64,000 nucleotides of DNA from Acidimicrobiales bacterium (GTDB lineage: Bacteria; Actinomycetota; Acidimicrobiia; Acidimicrobiales; Bin134): positions 2,765,103 to 2,829,102 of the forward strand of contig OY760141.1 of assembly GCA_963663255.1 (NCBI GenBank), given 5' to 3'. The position numbers were made by a program, and so were the translations under genes. The notes under the pieces are model-generated. The model did not search any database and had not been told where the DNA came from. It saw only the letters and a program-made list of their open reading frames with translations. Shown piece after piece: positions 23,070 to 32,772 of the stretch. The number at the start of each line of letters is the position of its first letter. Positions within the stretch are counted from its first letter, which is position 1.

Positions 23070-24647
23070 TCACTCAGCGGCGGCTTGCTCGCGCAGCACG
23101 TACTTCAGCACTTTGCCGGAGGCGTTGAGCGGGAGAGCATCGGTGAATCGCACTCGGCGAGGCACCTTGTAGTTGGCCATTTGGTCGCGGCACCAACCGA
23201 TGATCTCTGCATCCGAGGGGTCGGCCCCGGGGGCGGGCACCACGGTGGCCACCGCCACCTCTCCAAGCCGATCGTCGGGTACCCCGATCACGGCCACCTG
23301 CCCGATTTGGGGGTGGGTCAGCATGATGTTCTCGATCTCAGCTGGATAGGCGTTGAAGCCGCCCACGATGAACATGTCCTTCTTGCGGTCGGTAATGTCG
23401 ATGTTTCCCCGCTCGTCCATCACCCCGATGTCGCCGGTGTGCAGCCAGCCGTCGGCGTCGATGGCCTCGGCGGTCTGCTCCGGATCGTCTAGATAACCGA
23501 GCATGACGTTATAGCCCCGCACAACGATCTCGCCGGGCTCGCCCCGGGGCAGCTCATTTCCGTCGTTGTCGGTGATCTGCACCTCCACGTCGGGAATGGT
23601 TCGGCCCGAAGTGTTGGCGATGGTCTCGGGGTCGTCGTCGTGGCGACACATGGTGGCGATCCCCGATGCCTCAGTGAGCCCGTAGCCGGTGACGATGGTT
23701 TCGAACCCCAGCCGGGACCGCATCTGGAGGATCATCTCTACGGGGATGGCTGCCGCGCCGGTGACCGCAAGGCGCAGCGTGGACATGTCGAAGCTGTCGA
23801 GGTCGGGGTGATTGAGGATGGTCTGGTAGACGGCCGGCGGGCCGGGAAGCATGGAGATGCGCTCCTCGGGTACCCGGGCCATTACCGCGGGCACGTCGAA
23901 CACCGGATGGGGGATATTGGTGGCCCCGGTCATGAGGCAGGCCAAAATGCCCGAGTTGAGACCAAAGGCGTGGAAGAAGGGATTGATGATGAGATACCGG
24001 TCTCCGGCCCGCAGGCCGATCACCTCGCACCACGACTGGAAACCCCGACAAATGGCCGAGTGGATGAGCATGGCCCCCTTGGGCAGCCCGGTGGTACCCG
24101 AGGTGAACATGATGTGGCAGAGATCGTCGCCGCGCACCGCAGCGGCCCGGGCGTCGCCGTCGGCCTCGTCCACCTGGTCGGCCCGACTCAAGAAGTCGGC
24201 AAAGCCGGTTGTCCCCTCAGGCACGGTGCCACGCAGAACCACGATCTCGTCGAGGCTGTGGCCGCCGTTGGCATCGCGCAGCAGAGCCACATAGTCGGTG
24301 TCAAGGAAGTCGGTGACGGTGAACAGGATGCGGGCCCCAGATTTCTGGAGGATGAATTCGGCCTCCCGCCCCTTGAATCGGGTGTTCACCGGCACCAGCA
24401 CGCCGCCGGCCAAGTGGATTCCCAGCCCGGCCACCACCCATTCCCAGATGTTGGGGGCCCATACTGCCACCCGGTCGCCGGACTCAATTCCCGAGGCCAT
24501 CAGAGCCCGAGCCGAGGCTCGAATGTGGTCGCGCAGTTCGGGGAAGGTCCAGCGCACATCGCCGTCAACCAGGGCTTCCAGATCAGGAAACCGCCGGGCC
24601 GCGTCATCGACTAGCTCGCAGATGGTGCCATAAGCGCCCTCGGACAT
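23070..24647 (-). CDS. Acyl-CoA synthetase / AMP-dependent ligase (FadD-like)
   Basis: 525 aa; FTSGTTGLPKGAM, GYGLTE, TGDIGVMDERG, DRKKDMFIVGGFNAYP. Confidence 0.85.
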   Translation of the reverse strand: MSEGAYGTICELVDDAARRFPDLEALVDGDVRWTFPELRDHIRASARALMASGIESGDRVAVWAPNIWEWVVAGLGIHLAGGVLVPVNTRFKGREAEFILQKSGARILFTVTDFLDTDYVALLRDANGGHSLDEIVVLRGTVPEGTTGFADFLSRADQVDEADGDARAAAVRGDDLCHIMFTSGTTGLPKGAMLIHSAICRGFQSWCEVIGLRAGDRYLIINPFFHAFGLNSGILACLMTGATNIPHPVFDVPAVMARVPEERISMLPGPPAVYQTILNHPDLDSFDMSTLRLAVTGAAAIPVEMILQMRSRLGFETIVTGYGLTEASGIATMCRHDDDPETIANTSGRTIPDVEVQITDNDGNELPRGEPGEIVVRGYNVMLGYLDDPEQTAEAIDADGWLHTGDIGVMDERGNIDITDRKKDMFIVGGFNAYPAEIENIMLTHPQIGQVAVIGVPDDRLGEVAVATVVPAPGADPSDAEIIGWCRDQMANYKVPRRVRFTDALPLNASGKVLKYVLREQAAAE

Positions 24648-24693
24648 GGCTGCGACCCTAATTCACTGCCTTTGGCTTGAAGATGTTGGCCGA

Positions 24694-25851
24694 CTAGTCA
24701 AAGGCTTGGACTACTCCCCGTTGGACTAACTCGTCGATCTCGTCGCTGCTCAGGCCGAGGTCGTCGGCCAAGATGGAACGGGTGTCCTCGCCAAGGCGGG
24801 CTGATCGGAGGGTGGCCCCGACGGCGGCGTCGCCCATAGCGAACGGCTTGGCTGGTACGGGCACGCCGGAGCGGATTTCGGCGATCAGGCCCCGGTCCTG
24901 CGCCCACTCGGTAGCGGCCAGCTCGGCCGCCGATCGGATGCGGGCCGCGGGAAGCGGCTGGCCTTCCACCGCTTTGGCCAGATCCTCAAAGGTGGCGAAC
25001 CCGGCGGCCAGCTCCTGAAGGGCGGTGACGGCCTCTTTTTGGGTGGGATTTTCCGGGCAGTCGGCGGGATCACCGCCCAAAGCCGCAGTCCATGCCGGCA
25101 GCAGGCGCTGCGGATTGCCGATTAGCGACACCGCCTGGCCGTCGGCGGTATGAGCGACGGCGTAGTTCCAGGTATCGAATTCCCTCTCCCCCTCATAGCC
25201 CGATAGGTCGTTGCCGACTTGGTCGTTGGCGTAGACCAGAGCCTCGGCCATGGCGATGTCAAGGTGCTGTCCGCTTCGGGTGTGCTCGCGCTGGTAGAGG
25301 GCGGCCAGCACCGCCGATACCGACAGAAACCCGGCGTACAGATCGCCGTGCTGGTGTATCTCCTGGAGCGGCTCGGCTCCCCTGAGGCGGGCGGCCAGCT
25401 CAATGGTACCCGCTTCAGCGTGCATCAAAGGAGCGTGGGCCTTGCGGTGCGACCACGGGCCAGTCTGGCCGAATCCGGTGATGGAGCAGAACACCAGCCG
25501 GGCGTTGCGGGCTGACAGCTCCTCATAACTCAGGCCGTAGCGGGCCATCACGCCGGGGCGGTAGTTCTCCAGCAGGACATCGGCTCGGTCGGCCAGCGCG
25601 GCGATCACCTCGGGGGCGCCGTCGGCTTTGAGGTCGACGCAGATGTTCCGCTTGCCCGCGTTCATGTGGCTGAACGTGGGGGCGATGCCATCGTCGCCCA
25701 CGGGGGGAACTGCCCGGGTGTAGTCGCCGGAGGGGGGTTCGATCTTGATCACATCGGCGCCCAGGTCGGCCAGTACTCGTCCGCAGATCGGCCCGGAAAA
25801 GATCCGGGTGAGGTCCACCACTCGGATGCCGTCCAGCGGCCCGTTAGTCAT
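24694..25851 (-). CDS. CaiB/BaiF family (class III) CoA-transferase
   Basis: 385 aa; LDGIRVVDLTRIFSGPICGRVLADLGADVIKIEPP. Confidence 0.85.
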   Translation of the reverse strand: MTNGPLDGIRVVDLTRIFSGPICGRVLADLGADVIKIEPPSGDYTRAVPPVGDDGIAPTFSHMNAGKRNICVDLKADGAPEVIAALADRADVLLENYRPGVMARYGLSYEELSARNARLVFCSITGFGQTGPWSHRKAHAPLMHAEAGTIELAARLRGAEPLQEIHQHGDLYAGFLSVSAVLAALYQREHTRSGQHLDIAMAEALVYANDQVGNDLSGYEGEREFDTWNYAVAHTADGQAVSLIGNPQRLLPAWTAALGGDPADCPENPTQKEAVTALQELAAGFATFEDLAKAVEGQPLPAARIRSAAELAATEWAQDRGLIAEIRSGVPVPAKPFAMGDAAVGATLRSARLGEDTRSILADDLGLSSDEIDELVQRGVVQAFD

Positions 25852-25944
25852 CGCCGACTAGCAGCCGCAGACGCGGCCGTGCCCGACCCGCCGCCGGTGG
25901 GGCAGCCGATCGGACACGGCACAGTCTCTATTGACTCAGATGGT

Positions 25945-27411
25945 TTAGCGGCCGGGGTCGCCGTAGCAGACGAACGGGTAAGCCACCACGTAGTCGGCAT
26001 CCACCACTTGCACCATACCGGTGCAGTCAGGAGCGATAACGTGGTCGGCTGGCCACTTCACCGGGCCGAGGGCGCCGGACTGCTGGGTGGTCTCGAAGCC
26101 GTCGATGTTGACTGCCTGGTAGAAGCTGGCGGTGTTCAGATCTTCACCGGCAGCGGCGATCAGCTGAATCAACAGGTCAGCCGACCAGTAGCCGACCAGG
26201 CTGCCGAAGCCGGGGAAGGCCCCGACTTCTTCATAGTCGGCCAGAAGCTGCTGGATGGCAGGCTCGGAGTCGTCCAGCGGGGGCACCTGGGTCACGGCGT
26301 AGCCGCCCTCCAGGGCCTGGCCCAAGTCGGGACTGGACCCGGGGAGGCCGGGAACATAGGTCAGGTAGTCGGCCACTGGGCCCTCATATCCCGAAGCGGC
26401 GATAGTTGCCTTGAGGGTGATGGCACCGGCGAAGTCGGTGGACAAAATCACCAAGTCGGGGTCGTGCTCTAGCACCGTGTTGACGAATCGGGTGGGATCG
26501 GTGATGCCCCCGGCAGTCTGGGTGGGCACGAAATCGTTGAAGGCCAGCTTGCCGGCCCACAGATTCTCGTACAGCGCATGGCCGGCGCGCCCGGCGTCGT
26601 CATCGCTGTTGAAGATGCCGACCACGATGTCCTCGGTGCCGAAGAAGTCGTACCAGATGTTCTGGACCGACACGAGGGGATCAGCACCCTCGACTCCGAA
26701 GGCAAAGCCGCTCAGGCAGCCGTTGAACCCGAAGCCCCAGTCGTTGGGAGCGCAGAATCCGGGCATGAACCCCCAGCCGGTGAACGGCACCTGGTTCTCG
26801 TCCAGGTAGTCGGTGGTCTGGGGAAGCGAGACCGCCGAGGTCACCATGATCCCGAAGACCTCGTCGTTCTCCACCATGCTGCGGGCACCTTCAAAGTTGG
26901 CCTGCGGGTCGCTGCCGTCGTCCACGTATTGGACCAGCTCAACCGACCGACCGCCGGGCAGTTCACCGTCGCGGTTGGCCCGCCCGAGGCGGGCTTCGAT
27001 GCCGTCGGTGAATCCGCCATACAGCGCATCCTGGGTCATTGCACCGAGACGCACAGTGTCGTCGGTGACACCCCGGGTGGAGGGCTCGAAGTCTATCTCG
27101 TAGGTGTAGGCGCCCCACGTGCGGGAGGTTGCCATCTCCCCGTCGTCCATGGGCTCCTCGTCATCCATGGGCTCCTCGTCATCCATGGGCTCGGCGTCGT
27201 CCATGGGCGCTTCTTCATCGTCCATAGGCTCCTCGTCGTCCATGGGCTCTTCGTCGTCGTCCATGGGCTCGGCGTCGTCCATAGGCGCTTCGGTGGCCTC
27301 AGGCGCAGGCGCGGCTGCTCCGTCGTCATCGTCGTCGTTGCCACAGGCGACAGCCAGCAGCGTCAACGCGGCCATGAGCGCGAGAAGCTTGTACAACAGT
27401 GATTTCTTCAT
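25945..27411 (-). CDS. LIV-type (Peripla_BP_6) ABC substrate-binding lipoprotein with acidic PMDDEE repeat tether
   Basis: Start chosen at ATG 27411 (RBS CGGAGGGGGA). MKKSLLYKLLALMAALTLLAVACGNDDDDD lipobox, then (E)PMDD(E/A)E x ~8, then a LivJ-like body (RLGRANRDGELPGGRSVELVQYVDDGSDP). Confidence 0.8.
   Translation of the reverse strand: MKKSLLYKLLALMAALTLLAVACGNDDDDDGAAAPAPEATEAPMDDAEPMDDDEEPMDDEEPMDDEEAPMDDAEPMDDEEPMDDEEPMDDGEMATSRTWGAYTYEIDFEPSTRGVTDDTVRLGAMTQDALYGGFTDGIEARLGRANRDGELPGGRSVELVQYVDDGSDPQANFEGARSMVENDEVFGIMVTSAVSLPQTTDYLDENQVPFTGWGFMPGFCAPNDWGFGFNGCLSGFAFGVEGADPLVSVQNIWYDFFGTEDIVVGIFNSDDDAGRAGHALYENLWAGKLAFNDFVPTQTAGGITDPTRFVNTVLEHDPDLVILSTDFAGAITLKATIAASGYEGPVADYLTYVPGLPGSSPDLGQALEGGYAVTQVPPLDDSEPAIQQLLADYEEVGAFPGFGSLVGYWSADLLIQLIAAAGEDLNTASFYQAVNIDGFETTQQSGALGPVKWPADHVIAPDCTGMVQVVDADYVVAYPFVCYGDPGR
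27142..27285 (-). repeat. In-frame tandem repeat (18-21-nt units) encoding PMDD(E/A)E repeats
   Basis: Plus strand shows reiterated ccatgggctcctcgtcat / ccatgggctcggcgtcgt units. Coding, inside the 25945-27411 CDS. Confidence 0.85.
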
Positions 27412-27479
27412 GTCCCCCTCCGAGATTTGGGCTGCCGTCATAGTAGGACAGCGATCATCGACTGTCATCCTCAGGATGG

Positions 27480-30400
27480 TCAGTCTGACGCAGAGGTGGC
27501 TTCCCCGAGGTAGGCAGCGTCGAGCTGGTCGTGGTCCACCTCAGATCGGGGGCCGTGCCAGGTGATGTGGCCCAAGCTGATGAACGCCACCGAGTCGGCG
27601 ATCTCCAACACGTCGCGGGCCTTCTCCTCCACCAACAACAGGGCCACGCCCCGCTCCTTGAATTCGATGAACAGCTCGAGTATCTGGTTCACGATGAGCG
27701 GAGCCAAGCCCAGCGACGGCTCGTCGGCAATCAGCACCTCGGGCGGGTGGGCCAACAGCGGGGCCAGGGTAAGGATCTGCTGCTCGCCCCCCGAGAGGTT
27801 GCCAGCCAACTGGTTCTGACGCTCTCCCAAGATGGGGAACCGCTCGCAGCACAGTTCGCGGTCCTCCGGGTTGGGCAGCCAGAGCTGCATGTTCTCCCGC
27901 ACGGTGAGACCGCTGAAGATGCCTCGGGCCTCGGGGGCCAGCACAACTCCTCTACGGGCTCGGCGGTGGCTGCGCAACCCCGTGACGTTCTCCCCGTCCA
28001 ATCGAATTTGGCCGTGGGTGGCTGTCAGGAGCCCGGAGGCCACCGCACAGGTGGTGGACTTGCCCGCGCCGTTGGGTCCCAGCAGCGCAGTGATCTCGCC
28101 CCGAGGCACCGACAGGTCGATCCCGTGAAGGGCCTCCACCAGCCCATAGCTGGCCCGCACGTTGACCAGTTCCAACGCCGGCGGATGATCGCCTACGTAC
28201 TGGTCGCCTGCTTCCTCGGCGGCCTCCGGCCGGTCAGACTTGCCTGGCTCGACCGAAGGGGCAGCCGCAATGCGCTCCGGTACCGGACTCGCATCATCAG
28301 TCCAGACCTCCCCCTGCCATACGGCCAACCGCCGTCGCCAGGCGTCGCGGCGGACTCGGTTTTGGGCCGCGGTGAACGCCAAGATTCCATCGGGCTCGCG
28401 AGCCAACTGCATGGCACCGATACCGAACATGAAGGCGGTGATGTTGCGAGCTTCGTCGTATTGGTCGAACCCGTCCCAGTCGATGGGGTACCAGGAGTAC
28501 ACCCGGGCCAGGCAGATGTAAGCCAGCACCGCCAGCACGCCGACTATGGGCGGCGAGAACGGCAACCCGACTTGGCGGTCCCGGAAGGCGGTGGCCACCG
28601 CTGCCGCCCCGAAAACCGACGCCACCAGCACCACGTGCCACGACTCCATCCACTCCCAGTGCCAGCCGGTGCCGAATGTGTGGCCGCTGGCCGCCACCAT
28701 GATGCCGGCCATGACCGCGGCGCCGGGCCGGCGGATTCCGACCAAAACCACCACCGCCAACCAGAACAGGCCGGCTTGAGTCGTCGCGGTGAACGGAGTC
28801 ACATTGCCGATGAATGTGGCGAAGAACACCCCGCCGAACCCGGCCAACAGCGCGGAGAGGGCAAACACAGCCAGCTTGGTGCGGACAATTGAGTGGCCTG
28901 AGGTGGCCGCGGCAGGCTCGGAGTTGCGCACCGCGATGATGGCCCGGCCGGTGACCGAGCGCTGGAGGTTCCGCACCAGCCAGGCCGCGGCCAACACCAG
29001 GATTACCAAAAGCACGGCAAGGGATTTCTCGTCCTCGAAGTCGAAGGGGCCCAGCTTGGGGCGAGGTATGTCCCACCCTTTGGTGCCTTGGCCGTTCTTG
29101 AACCAGCTCCACTCAAACAGCACTCGCTCGCTCATGAAGGCCAGCGCCAGGGTGGCCAGGGCCAGCGGCAAACCGCCCAACCGCAGAGCGGGAAGGGCCA
29201 CGATGACGCCCAGCACTCCGGCGACTATCACACCCACGATCAGCGCGGGAATGAATGGCAGTCCGGTCTTGTCCAAGATCAGACCGGCGGTCATGGCGGC
29301 CATGGTCACGAATGCGGCTTGGGCCAGGCTGACCATGCCGCCAAGGCCAGTGAGCAGCACCCAGGACATAAATACCAAGCCAAAGGCCAGGCCCGTGACC
29401 CACAGCCCTAACCAGAACTGATCGGCGAAGACGAATACCTGAAGCACGATGAAGGCCGCGCCCAGGATCCAGGGCAGGCGGACTCGCCATGCGGGGAGGT
29501 CGCTGGTGTAGTCGGTTGCCGGAGGAGCATCGGCCACCACTCCACTGCGGCGGGTGCGCTCCCGGGCCATGAACAGCAGTCCGACCAACAACACCACGAA
29601 CGGCACCGAGCTTTCGAACCCTCGAATGTCCTGGGCAAAGGTGGCATACCGGCCCACCCAGCTGGTGACCACTCCCAAGGCCACGCCACCGGCAAACGCC
29701 AGCGGTATGGAGCGAAGTCCGCCCACCACCGCGGCCGCGGTGGCGATGAACATGAACACGTTGTACTGATTGGACTCGAGCGAGTTGAACACCGGGGCGC
29801 CGACCACTCCAGCCAAACCGGCCAGCATGGTGCCGATGATCCAGGCGGCCGACGAGGTGAACGACTCGCTGACCCCCCGCAACCCGGCCAAATCGGGGCG
29901 GTCCACCACTGCCCGCATTTGGAGTCCAATACGGGTGTGGCGCATCAGCGCCCACAGCGCCACTGCGACAATCACCGCCACCACCAGCACCGCCCACTGG
30001 TTGCTGCTGATGCGCAGGTCGAAACTGCCGAGATCGTAGGTCCAAGTCTCGCTGGGCACCTTCCACACCCCGGGAGTGAGGAACACGTAGTCGGTGCTCT
30101 GGAGACCCCAATCCCACGTCTTGGTGCCCAAGTCGACGAGCAAGTCGGTGAGCGCGGGCAAAGCCACCAGAATTCCGATCGTGGCCATGACTTTGGCCGC
30201 GTCGTTGGCCCGGGCCAGAGGGCGGAACACCGCCACGTTCAGGAGCTGGCCCAGCAATGGGCAGAACACCACCACCACGAGGAAGAACGACAACAGCCTC
30301 ATTCCCAGGCTCTCGATGCCCAGTGCATTGATCAGCTGGAAGTAGAGCATTGCCGAGGTGTAGGCGATGCCCCCGTAGGCCAGGTTGAATATGCCGGTGG

Positions 30401-30491
30401 ACGTGTAGCTGAGCGTGAGCCCAGCGGCTATCAGCGAATAGATGGAGCCGGCGATGGCCCCGCTCACTAGCAATTGGATGAACTCGCCCAC
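27480..30491 (-). CDS. Single-polypeptide LivH-LivM-LivF fusion (two LIV permease domains + extra TM segment + one LivF-type NBD)
   Basis: Start chosen at GTG 30491 (RBS GGGGGGA; VGEFIQLLVSGAIAGSIYSLIAAGLTLSY = LivH N-terminus).
LivM-like part: LLTGLGGMVSLAQAAFVTMAAM.
C-terminal NBD: LELVNVRASYGLVEALHGIDLSVPRGEITALLGPNGAGKST, LSGGEQQ, LIADEPSLGL (LivF-type YG...AL signature). Confidence 0.75.
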   Translation of the reverse strand: MGEFIQLLVSGAIAGSIYSLIAAGLTLSYTSTGIFNLAYGGIAYTSAMLYFQLINALGIESLGMRLLSFFLVVVVFCPLLGQLLNVAVFRPLARANDAAKVMATIGILVALPALTDLLVDLGTKTWDWGLQSTDYVFLTPGVWKVPSETWTYDLGSFDLRISSNQWAVLVVAVIVAVALWALMRHTRIGLQMRAVVDRPDLAGLRGVSESFTSSAAWIIGTMLAGLAGVVGAPVFNSLESNQYNVFMFIATAAAVVGGLRSIPLAFAGGVALGVVTSWVGRYATFAQDIRGFESSVPFVVLLVGLLFMARERTRRSGVVADAPPATDYTSDLPAWRVRLPWILGAAFIVLQVFVFADQFWLGLWVTGLAFGLVFMSWVLLTGLGGMVSLAQAAFVTMAAMTAGLILDKTGLPFIPALIVGVIVAGVLGVIVALPALRLGGLPLALATLALAFMSERVLFEWSWFKNGQGTKGWDIPRPKLGPFDFEDEKSLAVLLVILVLAAAWLVRNLQRSVTGRAIIAVRNSEPAAATSGHSIVRTKLAVFALSALLAGFGGVFFATFIGNVTPFTATTQAGLFWLAVVVLVGIRRPGAAVMAGIMVAASGHTFGTGWHWEWMESWHVVLVASVFGAAAVATAFRDRQVGLPFSPPIVGVLAVLAYICLARVYSWYPIDWDGFDQYDEARNITAFMFGIGAMQLAREPDGILAFTAAQNRVRRDAWRRRLAVWQGEVWTDDASPVPERIAAAPSVEPGKSDRPEAAEEAGDQYVGDHPPALELVNVRASYGLVEALHGIDLSVPRGEITALLGPNGAGKSTTCAVASGLLTATHGQIRLDGENVTGLRSHRRARRGVVLAPEARGIFSGLTVRENMQLWLPNPEDRELCCERFPILGERQNQLAGNLSGGEQQILTLAPLLAHPPEVLIADEPSLGLAPLIVNQILELFIEFKERGVALLLVEEKARDVLEIADSVAFISLGHITWHGPRSEVDHDQLDAAYLGEATSASD

Positions 30492-30562
30492 CCGATTATT
30501 CCCCCCTGGACTATTCGACCTGCGCCACTCTAGTGGCCTTCTCCAGTCAGTACATTCGTTGC

Positions 30563-31303
30563 ATGGACGATGTGCTGTTGGACGACCTCTCCGCCGAGCA
30601 TCGGGTGTTGGACGACCTGGTGGCCCCGATCCCTGCGGAAGTGTGGTCCACGCCGTCTCCATCGCCGGGATGGACGCTGGCCCACCAGATCCACCATCTC
30701 GACGTAAGCGAGGGCGCGGCCCTTCTGGCCCTCACCGGCCACAGCGATCAAGTGTTCTCCCCCACCGGCCGCTGGCCCGACCGCCCCTTGCCCGACGATC
30801 CCAACGAGGTGCTGGACAACTGGCGGACTTCGAGGGCCGCCAGCTTGGAGGCAATGGCCACGCTAGACGCCAAGGCCCCCGTGATCTGGGGCAACGGCCC
30901 CATGACCTGCCGCTCCTTCGCAACCGCCCGGCTCATGGAAACCTGGGCCCACGGCCTCGACTGCTTCACCACCGTAGGCGTCGAACCCACCGACACCGAC
31001 CGGCTCCGCCACGTAGCCCACATTGGCTACCGAGCCCTCCCCTACGCCTTCCAAAGCCAAGGAGTAACCCCGCCCACCCCGCTGTCAGAACTCCGCCTAA
31101 ACTTGACGTCGCCCTCCGGCGAACGCTGGACCTACGGCAAACCCAACGCCCCCCAAACCATCACCGGCTCAGCCAGCCACTGGTGCCGAGTAGCCACCCG
31201 CCGCATGAACGCCGCCGACTCCGACCTCGTAGCCGATGGCCCCCTAGCCCAGTCAGTCCTAACCATCGCCCGCGCTTACCTATCCGACGGAGCAACCCCC
31301 TAA
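30563..31303 (+). CDS. Mycothiol-dependent maleylpyruvate isomerase family / TIGR03084-like DinB-fold metal-binding protein
   Basis: Start chosen at ATG 30563 (MDDVLLDDLSAEHRVLDDLV...PSPSPGWTLAHQIHHL). Confidence 0.6.
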   Translation: MDDVLLDDLSAEHRVLDDLVAPIPAEVWSTPSPSPGWTLAHQIHHLDVSEGAALLALTGHSDQVFSPTGRWPDRPLPDDPNEVLDNWRTSRAASLEAMATLDAKAPVIWGNGPMTCRSFATARLMETWAHGLDCFTTVGVEPTDTDRLRHVAHIGYRALPYAFQSQGVTPPTPLSELRLNLTSPSGERWTYGKPNAPQTITGSASHWCRVATRRMNAADSDLVADGPLAQSVLTIARAYLSDGATP

Positions 31304-31553
31304 CCAACAACAACCAGTCGATTGCTCGGGCTATGCCGGTAGGCGGGGCGGCGGGCCAAACATATGGGTCGTGGTGGTGGGTGGCCCGGCTCAGGGCGCC
31401 CGCCGCCCGCAGCTCTGCGAGGACGGCGGGCTGGGCCGGGACAGGCCCCGCCACCACGACCCCCTCAAGAACAGCCCACCGCCCCGCCGGTTCGCTTCAA
31501 AAGACAGAAGCCGCCACCAAGCCAAACCACAGAAAATCGTGCCAAAATAAGCC

Positions 31554-32720
31554 ATGACCGCAACCCGAGATCAGCTCCGAGTAATCGACGTCGACACCCA
31601 CATCACCGAGCCCCACGACCTGTGGAGCAGCCGGGCTCCGGCGGCCTATGCCGATCGGCTGCCGAGGGTGGCCGATGTGGACGGACGGCCCCACTGGATC
31701 CTCGACGGCGAGCCGCTGGGCGCGGCCTCTTCCAGCGGAGTGGTGCGGCCCGACGGCAGCAAGGCCATGGGCACCGACTTCTTCACCTGGACAATCGAAG
31801 ACATTCACCCCGCGGCCTACGACATGGAGGCCCGGGTGGAGCTCATGGACCAGCTCAATGTCCACGCCCAGATCATCTACCCCAACTTGGCCGGCTTCGG
31901 CAGCCAGAAGTTCGGCCAGATCGAAGACGTGGAACTCAAGCGGCTGTGTGTGTCGGTGTACAACGACGCCATGGCCGAGATCCAGGAAAATTCCGGAGAG
32001 CGGCTGTTCCCCATGGGGCTGATCCCGTGGTGGGACATAGAAGGTTCGCTAGCCGAGGCCGAGCGCATCGTCAGTCTGGGCCTGCGGGGCATCGTCATGT
32101 GCAGCGATCCGCAACTGCGGGGACTGCCTGACCTGGGCGAAGACCCATGGCGGCCTCTTTGGGAGTTCTGCTGCGACCACGAACTGCCGGTCAACTTCCA
32201 CATCGGGGCCAGCGAGAGCTCGATGGGCTGGTTCGGGACATCGCCGTGGCCTTCGCAGGGCGACGACCAGAAGCTGGCCATCGGCTCGGCCATGATGTAT
32301 TTGACCAACGCCCGGGTGCTGGCCAACCTGATCTTCTCCGGCGTGCTGGAGCGGCACCCGACGCTCAAGATCGTGTCGGTGGAGTCGGGAATCGGCTGGA
32401 TCCCGTTCGTGCTGGAGTCGCTGGACTACCAGATGGACCAGCTCCGCACCGATGTGCAGGCCCAGTTCAGCCTGCGGCCCAGCGACTACTTCCGCCGCCA
32501 GATGTTCGGCTGCTACTGGTTCGAGGACGTGGCACCCGAGGTGCTCATCAACCAGTTGGGCCCCGACTGCGTGCTGTTCGAGACCGACTTCCCCCACCCC
32601 ACCTGCCTCTACCCCTACGGCCTCGACCAGGCGACCAACGCCCTCAGCGGCGTGGACGACGACGTAGCCCGCAAGGTGCTCCAGGACAACGCCGCCGAGC
32701 TGTACAAGATCGCGGTCTAG
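31554..32720 (+). CDS. Amidohydrolase-2 family metal-dependent hydrolase/decarboxylase
   Basis: 388 aa; VIDVDTHITEP, FETDFPHP. Confidence 0.8.
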   Translation: MTATRDQLRVIDVDTHITEPHDLWSSRAPAAYADRLPRVADVDGRPHWILDGEPLGAASSSGVVRPDGSKAMGTDFFTWTIEDIHPAAYDMEARVELMDQLNVHAQIIYPNLAGFGSQKFGQIEDVELKRLCVSVYNDAMAEIQENSGERLFPMGLIPWWDIEGSLAEAERIVSLGLRGIVMCSDPQLRGLPDLGEDPWRPLWEFCCDHELPVNFHIGASESSMGWFGTSPWPSQGDDQKLAIGSAMMYLTNARVLANLIFSGVLERHPTLKIVSVESGIGWIPFVLESLDYQMDQLRTDVQAQFSLRPSDYFRRQMFGCYWFEDVAPEVLINQLGPDCVLFETDFPHPTCLYPYGLDQATNALSGVDDDVARKVLQDNAAELYKIAV

Positions 32721-32772
32721 AGATCCTCGTAGTCGAGCGCCAACTGATCTACCTACAGATCCTCGTAGTCGA
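32717..32772. repeat. Short tandem duplication (36-nt period) at a convergent gene junction
   Basis: CTAgAGATCCTCGTAGTCGA (32717-32736) and CTAcAGATCCTCGTAGTCGA (32753-32772); the 16-nt core is identical. Confidence 0.85.

Noticed and set aside
25852-25944. Imperfect long-range stem (GCCGTGCCCGA ... TCGGACACGGC) between the CoA-transferase gene start and the binding-protein gene end, as a possible terminator for the binding-protein gene.
   Set aside because: The stem has one mismatch, a ~26-nt loop and no U-tract, so it is not convincing as an intrinsic terminator.
27142-27285. Regularly spaced short repeats, here and at 43118-43285, that could be mistaken for a CRISPR array or minisatellite.
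   Set aside because: The units are 12-21 nt and contiguous, with no spacers. They lie in frame inside long ORFs that have lipoprotein signals, so they encode acidic peptide repeats.
31304-31553. 250-bp GC-rich gap between the MDMPI-like gene and the amidohydrolase gene, examined for a small gene or RNA (track ORFs 31161-31457 minus and 31364-32131 plus).
   Set aside because: The candidate ORFs are Pro/Arg/Gly-rich with no start context, and I see no recognisable RNA motif or strong stem-loop. Left unannotated.
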